From: Novimethylophilus sp.
GTDB lineage: Bacteria > Pseudomonadota > Gammaproteobacteria > Burkholderiales > Methylophilaceae
Assembly: GCF_036504375.1 (NCBI RefSeq)
Contig: NZ_DASXVH010000045.1
Span: forward strand, 9,921 to 73,920
Direction: 5' to 3'
Length of the DNA stretch: 64,000 nucleotides
Shown here: in pieces, positions 21,620-30,921 of the stretch
Numbering within the stretch: the first letter of the stretch is position 1
How the letters are laid out: the number at the start of each line of letters is the position of its first letter
Program-made: the position numbers and the translations under genes
The notes under the pieces: generated by a model
What the model was told of the DNA's origin: nothing
Seen by the model: only the letters and a program-made list of their open reading frames with translations
The model's database searches: none

Positions 21620-22441
21620 TCAACCCAGCAGGGTCGAAACAAGCAGGAACTGGTTCAATGCGGCCAATCGCGGCCCCAGATTGGCAATTCCGCCCTGGTT
21701 AAGCAATTCCAGCGCGAGAAGATCAGCCGTCCCCTGCAACCCCGACCCCGTCAATCCGGCAGTGAACAAGCTCACCGATTGCTGCGTCAGGCTTGCAGCT
21801 GTGCCGCTGGCCTGGCTCTCAAATCCGGACGCCAGACCGCCCAATGCCTGGGCCGCGCGCCCCAGCAGCGAAAACGTCCCGGCCCGGTCGGCAGTGAATG
21901 CGGATTGCAGCGCCTTGAGGTCTATGCCCAGCGCGCCGCCATTGCCCGGTATTGGCGGCGCCTGAAAATCGATCCCGACCTGGGCCAATGCAGTCAAAGC
22001 AGAACTGCCGTTGTCGAATGCGGCCGTCGCCTGCTTATCCAGCGCTTGCACGAACTGCCCGGCTAATGGCTCGCCGGGCAATATCCCGAATTGTCCCCGC
22101 AAATTGTTGAGGTTGTTTTGCAGGCTGTTGAAGGTATCGACGAAGTTTTGCGCTTCGGCGGCCAGACTGCCGAAATCGTTGCCGAAATTCCGGCCGCTGC
22201 CGCTGTTGCTCAAACCCGGCCGCAACACCGCGAGATTGCTCTGGAACGCGGAAACCGCGGACAGTAATTGCCCGATTCCGGAAAGGCTGACGACAGTCGA
22301 ACTGCTGTCGAAAGCGGCCAGTTCCCGGGACGCTGAAACAGGGAACAACGAGGTAACCGGAGAGATGCTCCCGATGCCGAAAACACCGATTGGAGAAATG
22401 GGAGAGACCGTCATGGCCTGAATCGTCCGCATGCGGCGCAA
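21620..22441 (-). CDS. Hypothetical Ser/Gly/Ala/Leu/Gln-rich protein with FliD-like N- and C-terminal motifs
   Basis: 273-aa ORF with no Cys and no signal peptide. LSGIGQLLSAVSAFQSNLAVL, AQNFVDTFNSLQNNLNNL, GILPGEPLAGQF and LAQVGIDF..GALGIDLKALQSAFTADRAGTFSLL recall the FliD_N/FliD_C conserved blocks. Possible starts are TTG 22441, ATG 22432 and ATG 22414. Confidence 0.7.
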   Translation of the reverse strand: MRRMRTIQAMTVSPISPIGVFGIGSISPVTSLFPVSASRELAAFDSSSTVVSLSGIGQLLSAVSAFQSNLAVLRPGLSNSGSGRNFGNDFGSLAAEAQNFVDTFNSLQNNLNNLRGQFGILPGEPLAGQFVQALDKQATAAFDNGSSALTALAQVGIDFQAPPIPGNGGALGIDLKALQSAFTADRAGTFSLLGRAAQALGGLASGFESQASGTAASLTQQSVSLFTAGLTGSGLQGTADLLALELLNQGGIANLGPRLAALNQFLLVSTLLG

Positions 22442-22470
22442 GCCGAACCGCGCCAGAAATATTCAACAGT

Positions 22471-22498
22471 TTAGAGCTTCGCCGATTCGCTTAAGTTC
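22471..22498 (-). promoter_or_regulatory. Candidate ECF (sigma-E-like) promoter upstream of the FliD-like gene
   Basis: The minus strand reads GAACTT (22498..22493), N17, TCTAA (22475..22471). This is the AAC / TCTAA architecture of RpoE-type ECF promoters. It lies 30-57 nt upstream of the candidate starts. Confidence 0.3.
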
Positions 22499-22538
22499 TG
22501 CTGCCGCGCTTGCCGGTCTTTTCGCAGGGCAGGCCGGA

Positions 22539-22985
22539 CTAGCGCGCAAAACCGGAGGTTTTTTTCCGCATGCACTCCAGGTAGGCTTGCGCATCCGGCG
22601 GCGTACGGTCGCGCTGGGCGCGCCATACGGTTTCGGCAAGGCATTCCATCAGCCCGTGCTGCGCTTCGTGAGGGTCGTTCAGGCGCTGCTGCAGCGCCTG
22701 AAACGCGGCGGCGATGCCGGGAGGCTGGTCGATGGAGAGCTGTTCGAGGATGGAAAGATGCAGACTCATGTGCAGGAAAGGGTTGGTTTCGCCCATTTCG
22801 GGGAAATACTCCTGCTCCAGGTAGCGCTCGGGCGCATCCAGCACGGCGTGGTATTCGGGATGCAGCGAGATCACTTCGACCGCGATGCCTTCCAGTGCGG
22901 TGAGCGGTTCACCTGCCCGGTATTTGCGCCGGGCGTCGAAAAAGAAATGCCTGACTTCGTCGCGGCTGGGGTTAAACAGCGCCAT
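22539..22985 (-). CDS. DUF1841 family protein
   Basis: ORF 22539..23069. I use ATG 22985 (MALFNPSRDEVRHFFFDARRKYRAGEPLT...ETNPFLHMSLHLSILEQLSIDQP), which matches the family. It overlaps the FIST gene by 14 nt. Confidence 0.8.
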   Translation of the reverse strand: MALFNPSRDEVRHFFFDARRKYRAGEPLTALEGIAVEVISLHPEYHAVLDAPERYLEQEYFPEMGETNPFLHMSLHLSILEQLSIDQPPGIAAAFQALQQRLNDPHEAQHGLMECLAETVWRAQRDRTPPDAQAYLECMRKKTSGFAR

Positions 22986-24045
22986 GGAATAGCCCCAACA
23001 CTGCCGAATACTGCAGCAATTCATTGACGCCGTTGATGGGCGCGATTTCGCCGTTGCCGTAAAAACCAATCAGCGGCATGCCGGGGAATCTGCGCTTCAG
23101 CAGTTCCAGATCGCGGTCGACGCCGCTGTAGAAATACGGGCCGCGTCCCAGGCAGGAGAACAGCAGGCCGAACTCGGGGACGGCATCCAGCTTATCGACC
23201 AATGCCGTGACCGTCGCATCGAGGTCGGCCTCGGCCGCGTCGGCCTCGCGCAATGCCCAGAACACCAGCTGCCCGGCTTCGACCCGGCGCGCCAAGGTGA
23301 CTGACCGATCCGCCTCGTTGGCGCAGACCAGCGGCGACAGCCGGTAATCGCCATGCTTGAACAATTCCCCCGAATCGGTGATGCCCGCCATCAGCCGGTG
23401 CAGCGGCAGCGCATCGTTGCCTGGATAGGCGCGCTGCAAGGTTTCCAGCGCCGGCTTGCCGCCGAGGAAAATTACGTCATGCCCCTGCCCCGCGCTTACC
23501 GGCTTCGGTGCGCTCAATACGCGCACGCCGTGCGTTGCGCCTACCGCTCCGGCAGCGCCATGCAAGGCTACTTCGCAATGCCCTGCGGCGACTCCCTTGC
23601 CGTTATGCCAGACGGAAAACGGCCCCTGCCCCGTGGCATCGCCGGAAACGCCGCCGAATTTCAGCCCCGTGGTCGAGAGCCAGGTGATGTTGATGGCGTT
23701 GGGCGCAGCCAGCGTCATCAGCAGTTGCTGCGGGTGCGGCGCATGCTCGGGTGCCAGGCCGATGCCATCGCCGAATACCATCGCCGCTGCGGCCGGGGCA
23801 TCCAGCACCCAATCCTGGTCGGTAAAAATGCCGGGGGCGGAGCATCCGACGACCTGCACGCAACTGGCAGCGACGCTGGCAGCCTTGAGGGCGGGCTGCG
23901 GATCGCGCGCGAACTCGGAGGTCAGGAACAGCAATACGCTGTTTGCCACCCGCAACCCGGCCTTGTCCATCGCCTCGGCCACGGCATTCTGCGCCAGTTC
24001 CGGCAGCGGCTGCCGGCCCATCGCCAGCCCGGTCGCCACGCTCAT
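22972..24045 (-). CDS. Stand-alone FIST (FIST_N + FIST_C) sensory-domain protein
   Basis: ORF to 24066. ATG 24045 (MSVATGLAMG...) forms an ATGA overlap with the nth stop. FIST-like blocks LLFLTSEF, GCSAPGIF and LIGFYGNGEI. Confidence 0.85.
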   Translation of the reverse strand: MSVATGLAMGRQPLPELAQNAVAEAMDKAGLRVANSVLLFLTSEFARDPQPALKAASVAASCVQVVGCSAPGIFTDQDWVLDAPAAAAMVFGDGIGLAPEHAPHPQQLLMTLAAPNAINITWLSTTGLKFGGVSGDATGQGPFSVWHNGKGVAAGHCEVALHGAAGAVGATHGVRVLSAPKPVSAGQGHDVIFLGGKPALETLQRAYPGNDALPLHRLMAGITDSGELFKHGDYRLSPLVCANEADRSVTLARRVEAGQLVFWALREADAAEADLDATVTALVDKLDAVPEFGLLFSCLGRGPYFYSGVDRDLELLKRRFPGMPLIGFYGNGEIAPINGVNELLQYSAVLGLFHGAV

Positions 24046-24671
24046 GTTTTGGCCTTGTATTCGCACAAGTCATTAATGACGCATTCCGGGCATTTCGGCA
24101 GCCGCGCGATGCAGGTATAGCGTCCATGCAGGATCAGCAAATGGTGGGCGTCGTGCAGGTACTCCTTGGGCACGGCTTTGAGCAGCTTCTGCTCGACTTC
24201 CAGCGGGGTTTTGCCGGGCGCCAGACCGATGCGGTTGCCGAGGCGGAAGATATGCGTATCGACCGCGATGGTGGGATGGCCGAAAGCGGTGTTGAGCATG
24301 ACGTTGGCAGTCTTGCGGCCGACACCGGGCAGGGCTTCCAGTGCCTCGCGCGTGTCCGGCACCTGGCCGCCGTGGCGCTCGACCAGCAGGCGGCAGGTTT
24401 CGATGACGTTTTTGGCTTTGCTGCGGTAGAGGCCTATGGTGCGGATGTATGGCTCCAGGCCTTCCACGCCCAGCGCCAGGATAGCCTCCGGCGTGTTGGC
24501 GACGGGAAACAGCCTGGCGGTGGCGAGATTGACTCCTTTATCGGTGGCCTGGGCGGAGAGGATCACCGCCACCAGCAGCTCGAACGTACTATTGTGTACC
24601 AGTTCGGTGGTGGGGTTGGGAATGGCGATGGCTAGCCGGCGGAAAATCTCGCGACAGGTTTTGGCATTCAT
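24042..24671 (-). CDS. nth: Endonuclease III
   Basis: 209 aa. HhH-GPD motif LPGVGRKTANVML, catalytic Lys/Asp context, and the 4Fe-4S cluster loop CIARLPKCPECVINDLC. Confidence 0.95.
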   Translation of the reverse strand: MNAKTCREIFRRLAIAIPNPTTELVHNSTFELLVAVILSAQATDKGVNLATARLFPVANTPEAILALGVEGLEPYIRTIGLYRSKAKNVIETCRLLVERHGGQVPDTREALEALPGVGRKTANVMLNTAFGHPTIAVDTHIFRLGNRIGLAPGKTPLEVEQKLLKAVPKEYLHDAHHLLILHGRYTCIARLPKCPECVINDLCEYKAKT

Positions 24672-24684
24672 CCGGAATTACGGA

Positions 24685-25377
24685 TCAATGCCCATGCGCC
24701 ATTGCCGGCGCGGCTGGCACGTCGGGCTGGCCGGCTTTTGCCTGGCGGCGCTGCTCCAGCCAGTTCTTGCTCGCAATCAGCAACGCCAGGCCGAGGAATG
24801 CGCCCGGCGGCAGCACGGCCAGCAGGAATCCGTGATAATCGGGAACGACCGTCACCACGAACTGCTTGGCTGCCGGCCCCAATGCCAGCTCGATGCCGGA
24901 GAACAAGGTGCCCTTGCCGACCATCTCGCGGATGCCGCCCAGCACCGCCAGCACCAGCGCCAACCCCAGGCCCATCATCAGGCCGTCGAACGCGGATGGC
25001 GCGGTATCGTTCTTGGCGGCAAACGCTTCGACCCGTGCCAGCACGATGCAATTGGTGACGATCAGCGGGATGAAAATGCCGAGCACGATATGCAGCGCAT
25101 GCAGATAGGCGTGCATCGCCAAGTCGCCTACCGTGACCAGTGCGGCGATAACAAGAATGAATACCGGAATACGGATTTCCGTCGGGACCCAGCGGCGGAT
25201 CGGCGACACGGCGCCGTTGCTGGCCGCCATCACCAATGCCGTGAGCAGGCCGAGGCTGAAGCCGTTGACCACGCTGGTGGTCACCGCCAGCGTCGGGCAC
25301 AAACCCAGCAGCTGCACCAGCCCGGGGTTCTGTTTCCACAGGCCGTTTTCAACGATTTCCTTATAGCTCTGGCTCAT
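24685..25377 (-). CDS. rnfE: Rnf/Rsx electron transport complex subunit E
   Basis: 230-aa polytopic protein, N-terminus MSQSYKEIVENGLWKQNPGLVQLLGLCP. ATGA overlap with rnfG. Confidence 0.95.
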   Translation of the reverse strand: MSQSYKEIVENGLWKQNPGLVQLLGLCPTLAVTTSVVNGFSLGLLTALVMAASNGAVSPIRRWVPTEIRIPVFILVIAALVTVGDLAMHAYLHALHIVLGIFIPLIVTNCIVLARVEAFAAKNDTAPSAFDGLMMGLGLALVLAVLGGIREMVGKGTLFSGIELALGPAAKQFVVTVVPDYHGFLLAVLPPGAFLGLALLIASKNWLEQRRQAKAGQPDVPAAPAMAHGH

Positions 25378-26024
25378 TTTGCATTTCCTTTGCTTGCTGC
25401 CGCCGCGAACAACTCATCGCGGTGGGCGGCAAAATATTGCAGCGTTTTATGCACGGCCTTGACCACGGCACGCGGCGTAACGGTCGCGCCCACCATGTAG
25501 TCGAAGCGGCCGTTGTCTTTCTTCACCTTCCAGCCGTCGTCAGGGGTTTTGGCAAGCGATTGGCCATCAAAGTTCTTTTTTATCCAGTCGCTATGGCCGA
25601 TATCGATATAATCGCCCAGCCCTGGCGTCTCCTTGTGCGCCAGCACGCGCACACCGACGATTTCGCCGTCGGCGCGCACCGCGATCAGCAGCTTGATGTC
25701 GCCGCTGTAGCCGTCCGGCGCAGTCGCCTCCAGAATCACCGCCGACGGCTGTCCACCCAGCCTTGCGCGATGGGCTTCGGTCTCGTCGCGATTGCCGAGG
25801 TCGCCACCCGCCGGGATTTTCTTCACATCCTTCAGCAGGTCGTTGTCGTGCAGCGCTTCCGGCAGGATCTGGCGGAACAGCGCCATGCGCGCTTCGGCTT
25901 CGCTTTTGGCGATTGGTTCGCGCGTCGTGGCATAGGTGTAGGCCAGCAGCGCGGTACCGATAATGGTAAAACCTATCATCACGCCTGCGGTGCTGAAGGT
26001 ATGCTTGAAAATAGACGCGCTCAT
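25374..26024 (-). CDS. rnfG: Rnf complex subunit G (FMN-binding)
   Basis: ORF to 26234. ATG 26024 (MSASIFKHTF...) forms an ATGA overlap with the rnfD stop. FMN attachment motif GATVTPRAV. Confidence 0.9.
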   Translation of the reverse strand: MSASIFKHTFSTAGVMIGFTIIGTALLAYTYATTREPIAKSEAEARMALFRQILPEALHDNDLLKDVKKIPAGGDLGNRDETEAHRARLGGQPSAVILEATAPDGYSGDIKLLIAVRADGEIVGVRVLAHKETPGLGDYIDIGHSDWIKKNFDGQSLAKTPDDGWKVKKDNGRFDYMVGATVTPRAVVKAVHKTLQYFAAHRDELFAAAASKGNAK

Positions 26025-27040
26025 TTTTTGTGTCCGAATACCCTGGGCTGCGTGTTCGCATCGATCAGCGGCACGCAAATGTTCAGCAGCAGCACCGCGA
26101 ACGCCACGCCGTCCGGATAGCCGCCATAGACGCGGATCAGCCAGGTCAGCACGGCTATGCCGGCAGCGAAAATCAGCTTGCCGTTGGGCGTGGTCGGCCC
26201 GCTGATCGGGTCGGTGGCGATAAAGAACGCACACAGCATCGAGGCGCCGCTGAACAGGTGGAACAGCGGGCCGGCGTAATGGGTGCCGTCAATCAGGTAA
26301 AACACGCCGGCAACCAGCGCCAATGCGCCCAGGAACGCCGCCGGAATATGCCAGCTGATAATGCGCTGTTGCAGCAGATAAAGCCCGCCCAACAGATAGG
26401 CGCCCGTCACGATCTCGCCGCCTTTGCCGCCCAGCGCGCCGAATACCGGCGCGGCAGTAATCTCGGCCATGCCGTGCTGCAAGCGCAACTGCGTTTTCAG
26501 CGTGTCCAGAGGCGTCGCGCTGCTGATCGCATCCAGGTTGATGCCAGCGGGTAGCATGCGGCCGAAGATGTAATGCCATTGGTCGATGAACGACAGCTTG
26601 GCGCCCGCTATGGCTAACGGCGCCGGCCACTGCGTCATCAGCACCGGGAACGAAATCAGCAACACCGCATAGCCCACCATCGCCGGATTGAAGGGGTTGT
26701 AGCCCAGCCCGCCATAGAGCTGTTTGGCGACGACAATCGCGAACAGCGTGCCGACCACGATGAGCCACCATGGCGCCAGCGGCGGTATCGCAAGGGCCAG
26801 CAGCCAGGCGGTGACCAGTGCGCTGCCATCGAACAGGAAAGGCAATACCGGCCGGCTGCGCAGCTTGAGCATGATGGCTTCGGAAACCAGCGCGGTAACA
26901 CTTGCCAGCGCCAGGCTGATCAGGATGCCCGAACCGAACATCCAGACGTAGGCAACGATGCCGGGCACCAGCGCCAGTAGCACCTTGAGCATGATGACGC
27001 TCACACTGGGACTCGCAGTGAGATAGGGCGAATGGTTCAC
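26021..27040 (-). CDS. rnfD: Rnf complex subunit D
   Basis: 339-aa polytopic protein of the NqrB/RnfD family, with FATDPISGP near the C-terminus. Confidence 0.95.
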   Translation of the reverse strand: MNHSPYLTASPSVSVIMLKVLLALVPGIVAYVWMFGSGILISLALASVTALVSEAIMLKLRSRPVLPFLFDGSALVTAWLLALAIPPLAPWWLIVVGTLFAIVVAKQLYGGLGYNPFNPAMVGYAVLLISFPVLMTQWPAPLAIAGAKLSFIDQWHYIFGRMLPAGINLDAISSATPLDTLKTQLRLQHGMAEITAAPVFGALGGKGGEIVTGAYLLGGLYLLQQRIISWHIPAAFLGALALVAGVFYLIDGTHYAGPLFHLFSGASMLCAFFIATDPISGPTTPNGKLIFAAGIAVLTWLIRVYGGYPDGVAFAVLLLNICVPLIDANTQPRVFGHKK

Positions 27041-27042
27041 GG

Positions 27043-28680
27043 TCAGTTTTCCTGTTGTTCTTCTTTGTTTTCCGCTTTGGCTTCGGTTTGCGCGCGGCGG
27101 GCATCGATATCGGCTATTTTTGCCTGCACGGCAAGATCGAGATTCTCGGTATTCTGCGGCGTCACTTCAGCTTTTTGTGCCTGGGCGCGCGCCATCGCGG
27201 CCTCTATCGCGGCTTTCTTGGCATCGTCGGCACCAGCCTCAGCCTTGGCGCCTGCGGCTTTCTGCGCATGCTTTTGCGCGCGCTCCTGCTTCTCACGCTC
27301 GATGCGCGCCAGGCGGAAATCGTTGCGCTCGCGCGCCAGGCTGGCCGCTTCCTTGGCCTTGTCCTGCGCGATGATTTCGCTCTTGGCGAAGCGATAATAC
27401 TGCACCAGCGGAATATCGCTGGGGCACACATAACTGCAGCAGCCGCACTCGATGCAATCGAACAGCTGGTATTCGCGCGCTTTTTCCAGGTTCCTGCCGC
27501 GGGCATACCAGTAAAGCTCCTGCGGCTGCAGGTTAACCGGGCAGGCATCGGCGCAGCGCGCACAGCGGATGCACGGCATCGCGGGCGGCGGTTCCGGGAA
27601 CAGCTTGGGCGCGCCGGCGATGATGCAGTTAGTCGCTTTGATGATCGGCGTTTTTGAGGATGGCAGGCTGAACCCCATCATCGGGCCGCCCATGATCAAG
27701 CCGTTGGTATCGGGCAATGCGCCGCCTGCGGCTGCCAGCAAAAACTCTATCGAAGAGCCCAGCAACACTTCGAAATTTCCCGGAGCCCCGACATTGCCGG
27801 TGACGGTCACGATGCGCGAAGTCACGGTCTCGCCGTGTTCCAGGTAACGATACACTGCCAGCATGGTCGCCACGTTGAACACCTGGATGCCGACATCGGT
27901 CGAGCGCTTGCTGCTGGGCACTTCGATGCCGGTCAACAACGCGGTAAGGCGTCGCGCATCGCCGCTCGGGTAGAGCGTGGGAACGACGGCCACCCCGATT
28001 TTCGACGCACTCCCGGCACAAGCCACACGCATCGCTTTTTCGGCCTCCGGCTTGTTGTCTTCGATACCGACGATGCAGTTGTCGGCCTTCAGCAAATGCT
28101 GCGCAATTTCGATGCCCTTGACGATTTCATCGGCGCGCTCGCGCATCAGCATATCGTCGCAGGTGATGTAGGGCTCGCACTCGGCGCCGTTGATGATCAA
28201 CGTCTTGACGCCGGAGCCGCCGCTCGGGCGCAGCTTGATCTGGGTCGGAAAAGCCGCTCCGCCCAAGCCAACGATGCCGGAATCCCGCAGGCTGGCCGCG
28301 AGTTCGGCAGGATTGCGCTGGCGCCAGTCTACGGGCTCGTGCGGAATCCAGCGGTCTTCGCCGTCGGTCTTCAGCGTGATGCACATATCCGGCAAGCCGG
28401 AGGGGTGCGGAATCAGCTTGTCCTCGATGGAAACGATCATGCCCGAGGTCGGCGCATGCACCGCCGCCGAAATCGAGCCTTCGGCCTCGGCCAGCAACTG
28501 TCCCTTCAACACCTGGTCACCCGGCTGCACGCGGATTTTCGGCAAATTGCCGATGTGCTGCCGCAGCGGCAGCACCAATTCGCCGGGGATCCCCAAACGC
28601 TGGATCGGGCGGCCGGTGGATTCCAGCTTGTTTTCCGGCGGATGCACGCCGCCGTTGAATTTAAAAATTTTAGAGATCAT
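27043..28680 (-). CDS. rnfC: Rnf complex subunit C
   Basis: ATG 28680 ([18 protein letters not shown]) forms an ATGA overlap with rnfB. Two ferredoxin motifs, [12 protein letters not shown] and [12 protein letters not shown]. Long Lys/Ala/Glu-rich C-terminal tail. Confidence 0.95.
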   Translation of the reverse strand: MISKIFKFNGGVHPPENKLESTGRPIQRLGIPGELVLPLRQHIGNLPKIRVQPGDQVLKGQLLAEAEGSISAAVHAPTSGMIVSIEDKLIPHPSGLPDMCITLKTDGEDRWIPHEPVDWRQRNPAELAASLRDSGIVGLGGAAFPTQIKLRPSGGSGVKTLIINGAECEPYITCDDMLMRERADEIVKGIEIAQHLLKADNCIVGIEDNKPEAEKAMRVACAGSASKIGVAVVPTLYPSGDARRLTALLTGIEVPSSKRSTDVGIQVFNVATMLAVYRYLEHGETVTSRIVTVTGNVGAPGNFEVLLGSSIEFLLAAAGGALPDTNGLIMGGPMMGFSLPSSKTPIIKATNCIIAGAPKLFPEPPPAMPCIRCARCADACPVNLQPQELYWYARGRNLEKAREYQLFDCIECGCCSYVCPSDIPLVQYYRFAKSEIIAQDKAKEAASLARERNDFRLARIEREKQERAQKHAQKAAGAKAEAGADDAKKAAIEAAMARAQAQKAEVTPQNTENLDLAVQAKIADIDARRAQTEAKAENKEEQQEN

Positions 28681-29228
28681 GCCGCTTGTTTGATTTCGAA
28701 GACGGGGTAACGCCATTTCCAGTTATCGACGTGCTCGCCGATCGGCTGCATGCTGATGCAGTCCACCGGACAAGGCGCCACGCACAATTCACAGCCGGTG
28801 CATTCGGAAGCGATCACGGTATGCATGTGCTTGGCCGAACCCAGGATAGCGTCCACCGGGCAGGCCTGGATGCACAGCGTGCAGCCGATACAAACGTTCT
28901 CATCTATGACCGCGACCGATTTCGGCTTGGGCGCACCGTGCTCGGCATTCAGCGGCTTGGGCTCAACGCCCAGCAGATCAGCCAAAGCCTTGACTCCGGG
29001 CTCGCCTCCCGGCGGGCACTGGTTGATATCGGCCTCGCCGCTGGCAATGGCCTGGGCATAGGGCTTGCAGCCGGGATAGCCGCATTGTCCGCATTGCGTT
29101 TGCGGCAGGATGGCGTCGATCCTGTCGACCAGCGGGTCGCCCTCGACCTTGAACTTGAGCGCGGAGTAGCCCAGCACCGCGCCCAAGGCGAACGCCAGCC
29201 CTGCCATCACCAGAAGAGCGGCCAGCAT
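28677..29228 (-). CDS. rnfB: Rnf complex subunit B
   Basis: N-terminal TM segment, CGQCGYPGC, then [12 protein letters not shown] and [12 protein letters not shown]. Confidence 0.95.
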   Translation of the reverse strand: MLAALLVMAGLAFALGAVLGYSALKFKVEGDPLVDRIDAILPQTQCGQCGYPGCKPYAQAIASGEADINQCPPGGEPGVKALADLLGVEPKPLNAEHGAPKPKSVAVIDENVCIGCTLCIQACPVDAILGSAKHMHTVIASECTGCELCVAPCPVDCISMQPIGEHVDNWKWRYPVFEIKQAA

Positions 29229-29806
29229 CAGCGCACCAGCCCGGCAAAACCCATGAATGCCAGGCTCATCAACCCCGCCGTAACAAAAGCAATCGCCGCC
29301 CCCTGGAACGGCGCGGGAATATCGGCAGCCTCCATACGCTCGCGCATCGAAGCGAACAGCACCAGCACCAGCGAAAATCCGACCGCGCCGCCGAAACCGA
29401 ACAGCAGCGATTCCGCAAAGCCATGCTTGGCCTGCACGTTGAGCAGAGGGATGCCCAGCACCGCGCAGTTGGTGGTAATCAGCGGCAGATAGATGCCCAG
29501 CACCTGATGCAGCACCGGGCTGGTTTTTTCCATCACCATCTCGGTAAACTGCACCACGCCGGCGATGACGACGATGAACGACAAGGTGCGCAGGTAGAAC
29601 AGATCGGCGCCGAGCAAATACTCATTGATCAGGTAACTGGTGCCCGAACCTATCGTCAGCACGAACGCAGTCGCGGCGCCCATCGCGATGGATGCCTCAA
29701 GCTTCTTGGAAACGCCCATGAACGGGCACAGGCCAAGAATTTTGACCAGCACGATGTTGTTGACGAACACCGTACCGAAAAGTATCAACAGGTAGTTTTC
29801 CAGCAT
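29228..29806 (-). CDS. rnfA: Rnf complex subunit A
   Basis: 192-aa polytopic protein, N-terminus [33 protein letters not shown]. Confidence 0.95.
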   Translation of the reverse strand: MLENYLLILFGTVFVNNIVLVKILGLCPFMGVSKKLEASIAMGAATAFVLTIGSGTSYLINEYLLGADLFYLRTLSFIVVIAGVVQFTEMVMEKTSPVLHQVLGIYLPLITTNCAVLGIPLLNVQAKHGFAESLLFGFGGAVGFSLVLVLFASMRERMEAADIPAPFQGAAIAFVTAGLMSLAFMGFAGLVR

Positions 29807-30037
29807 TACGCTTAAGCGACGTCAAATGAAGATGAAATTATCCCCCTTCCCCGGTCCGCTGCGCAACTTTAACGCTTCGACTGGAAGGAACGCGACGCAA
29901 TATATCAGGATAAGATTGTTTTAAAAAAGAATAAATCGTTATGATTTATGCCCTTCCATTATATGAATGTCACACGCATGCGCGCCGCGTTGCGCTTTCA
30001 GGTAAAATGACCGGATTTCAACAGCTTGGGTGCTTTC

Positions 30038-30913
30038 ATGCTCAAAGGTAGTCTCGTTGCCATCGTCACTCCCATGCACAGCGATGGCACGCTGGATTTT
30101 GCGGCGCTGCGTTCATTGATTGATTGGCATATTGAGCAAGGCTCGGATGGTATCGTCATTGTCGGCACCACCGGCGAATCGCCTACGGTCGATTTCGACG
30201 AACACTGCGAATTGATCCGCGTCGCGGTGCAGCAGATAGGCGGCCGCGCTCCCGTCATTGCCGGCACCGGCGCCAACAGCACCCGGGAAGCCATCGAACT
30301 GACGGCGCGCGCCAAGGAACTGGGCGCCGATGCCTGCCTGCTGGTCACCCCTTATTACAACAAGCCCACACAGGAGGGGCTGTACCAGCACTTCAAGTCG
30401 ATTGCAGAGGCAGTAGACATTCCGCAAATACTTTACAACGTGCCCGGCCGCACCGGCTGTGATTTGACCAACGACACGACATTGCGCCTGGCGGAAATCC
30501 CCAATATCGCCGGCATCAAGGATGCGACCGGCAGCCTGGAGCGCAATACCGACCTGATTCTGCGCGCGCCGGCCGGCTTCGCCGTTTACACCGGCGACGA
30601 TGCCACTGCCCTGGCCTGCATGCTGCAAGGCGGCCACGGCGTGATCTCGGTCACGGCCAACGTCGCACCGCAGGCCATGCATGAGATGTGCGCGGCCGCG
30701 TTTGCCGGGGAACTTGTTCGCGCCCGCGCCATCAATCAGACGCTGTTCCCATTGCATAAAAAACTTTTTATCGAAGCCAATCCGATTCCCGTCAAGTGGG
30801 TACTGCAGGAAATGGGGCGCATCGGCCAAGGCATCCGCCTGCCGCTGACTCCGCTGTCGGCCGTACACCATGAGACATTGCGAGCTGCTATGCGGGCTGC
30901 AAATATTCTGTAA
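30038..30913 (+). CDS. dapA: 4-hydroxy-tetrahydrodipicolinate synthase
   Basis: ATG 30038 ([13 protein letters not shown]). GTTGESPT motif and the active-site Lys context GIKDATG. Confidence 0.95.
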   Translation: MLKGSLVAIVTPMHSDGTLDFAALRSLIDWHIEQGSDGIVIVGTTGESPTVDFDEHCELIRVAVQQIGGRAPVIAGTGANSTREAIELTARAKELGADACLLVTPYYNKPTQEGLYQHFKSIAEAVDIPQILYNVPGRTGCDLTNDTTLRLAEIPNIAGIKDATGSLERNTDLILRAPAGFAVYTGDDATALACMLQGGHGVISVTANVAPQAMHEMCAAAFAGELVRARAINQTLFPLHKKLFIEANPIPVKWVLQEMGRIGQGIRLPLTPLSAVHHETLRAAMRAANIL

Positions 30914-30921
30914 GGACTTAC

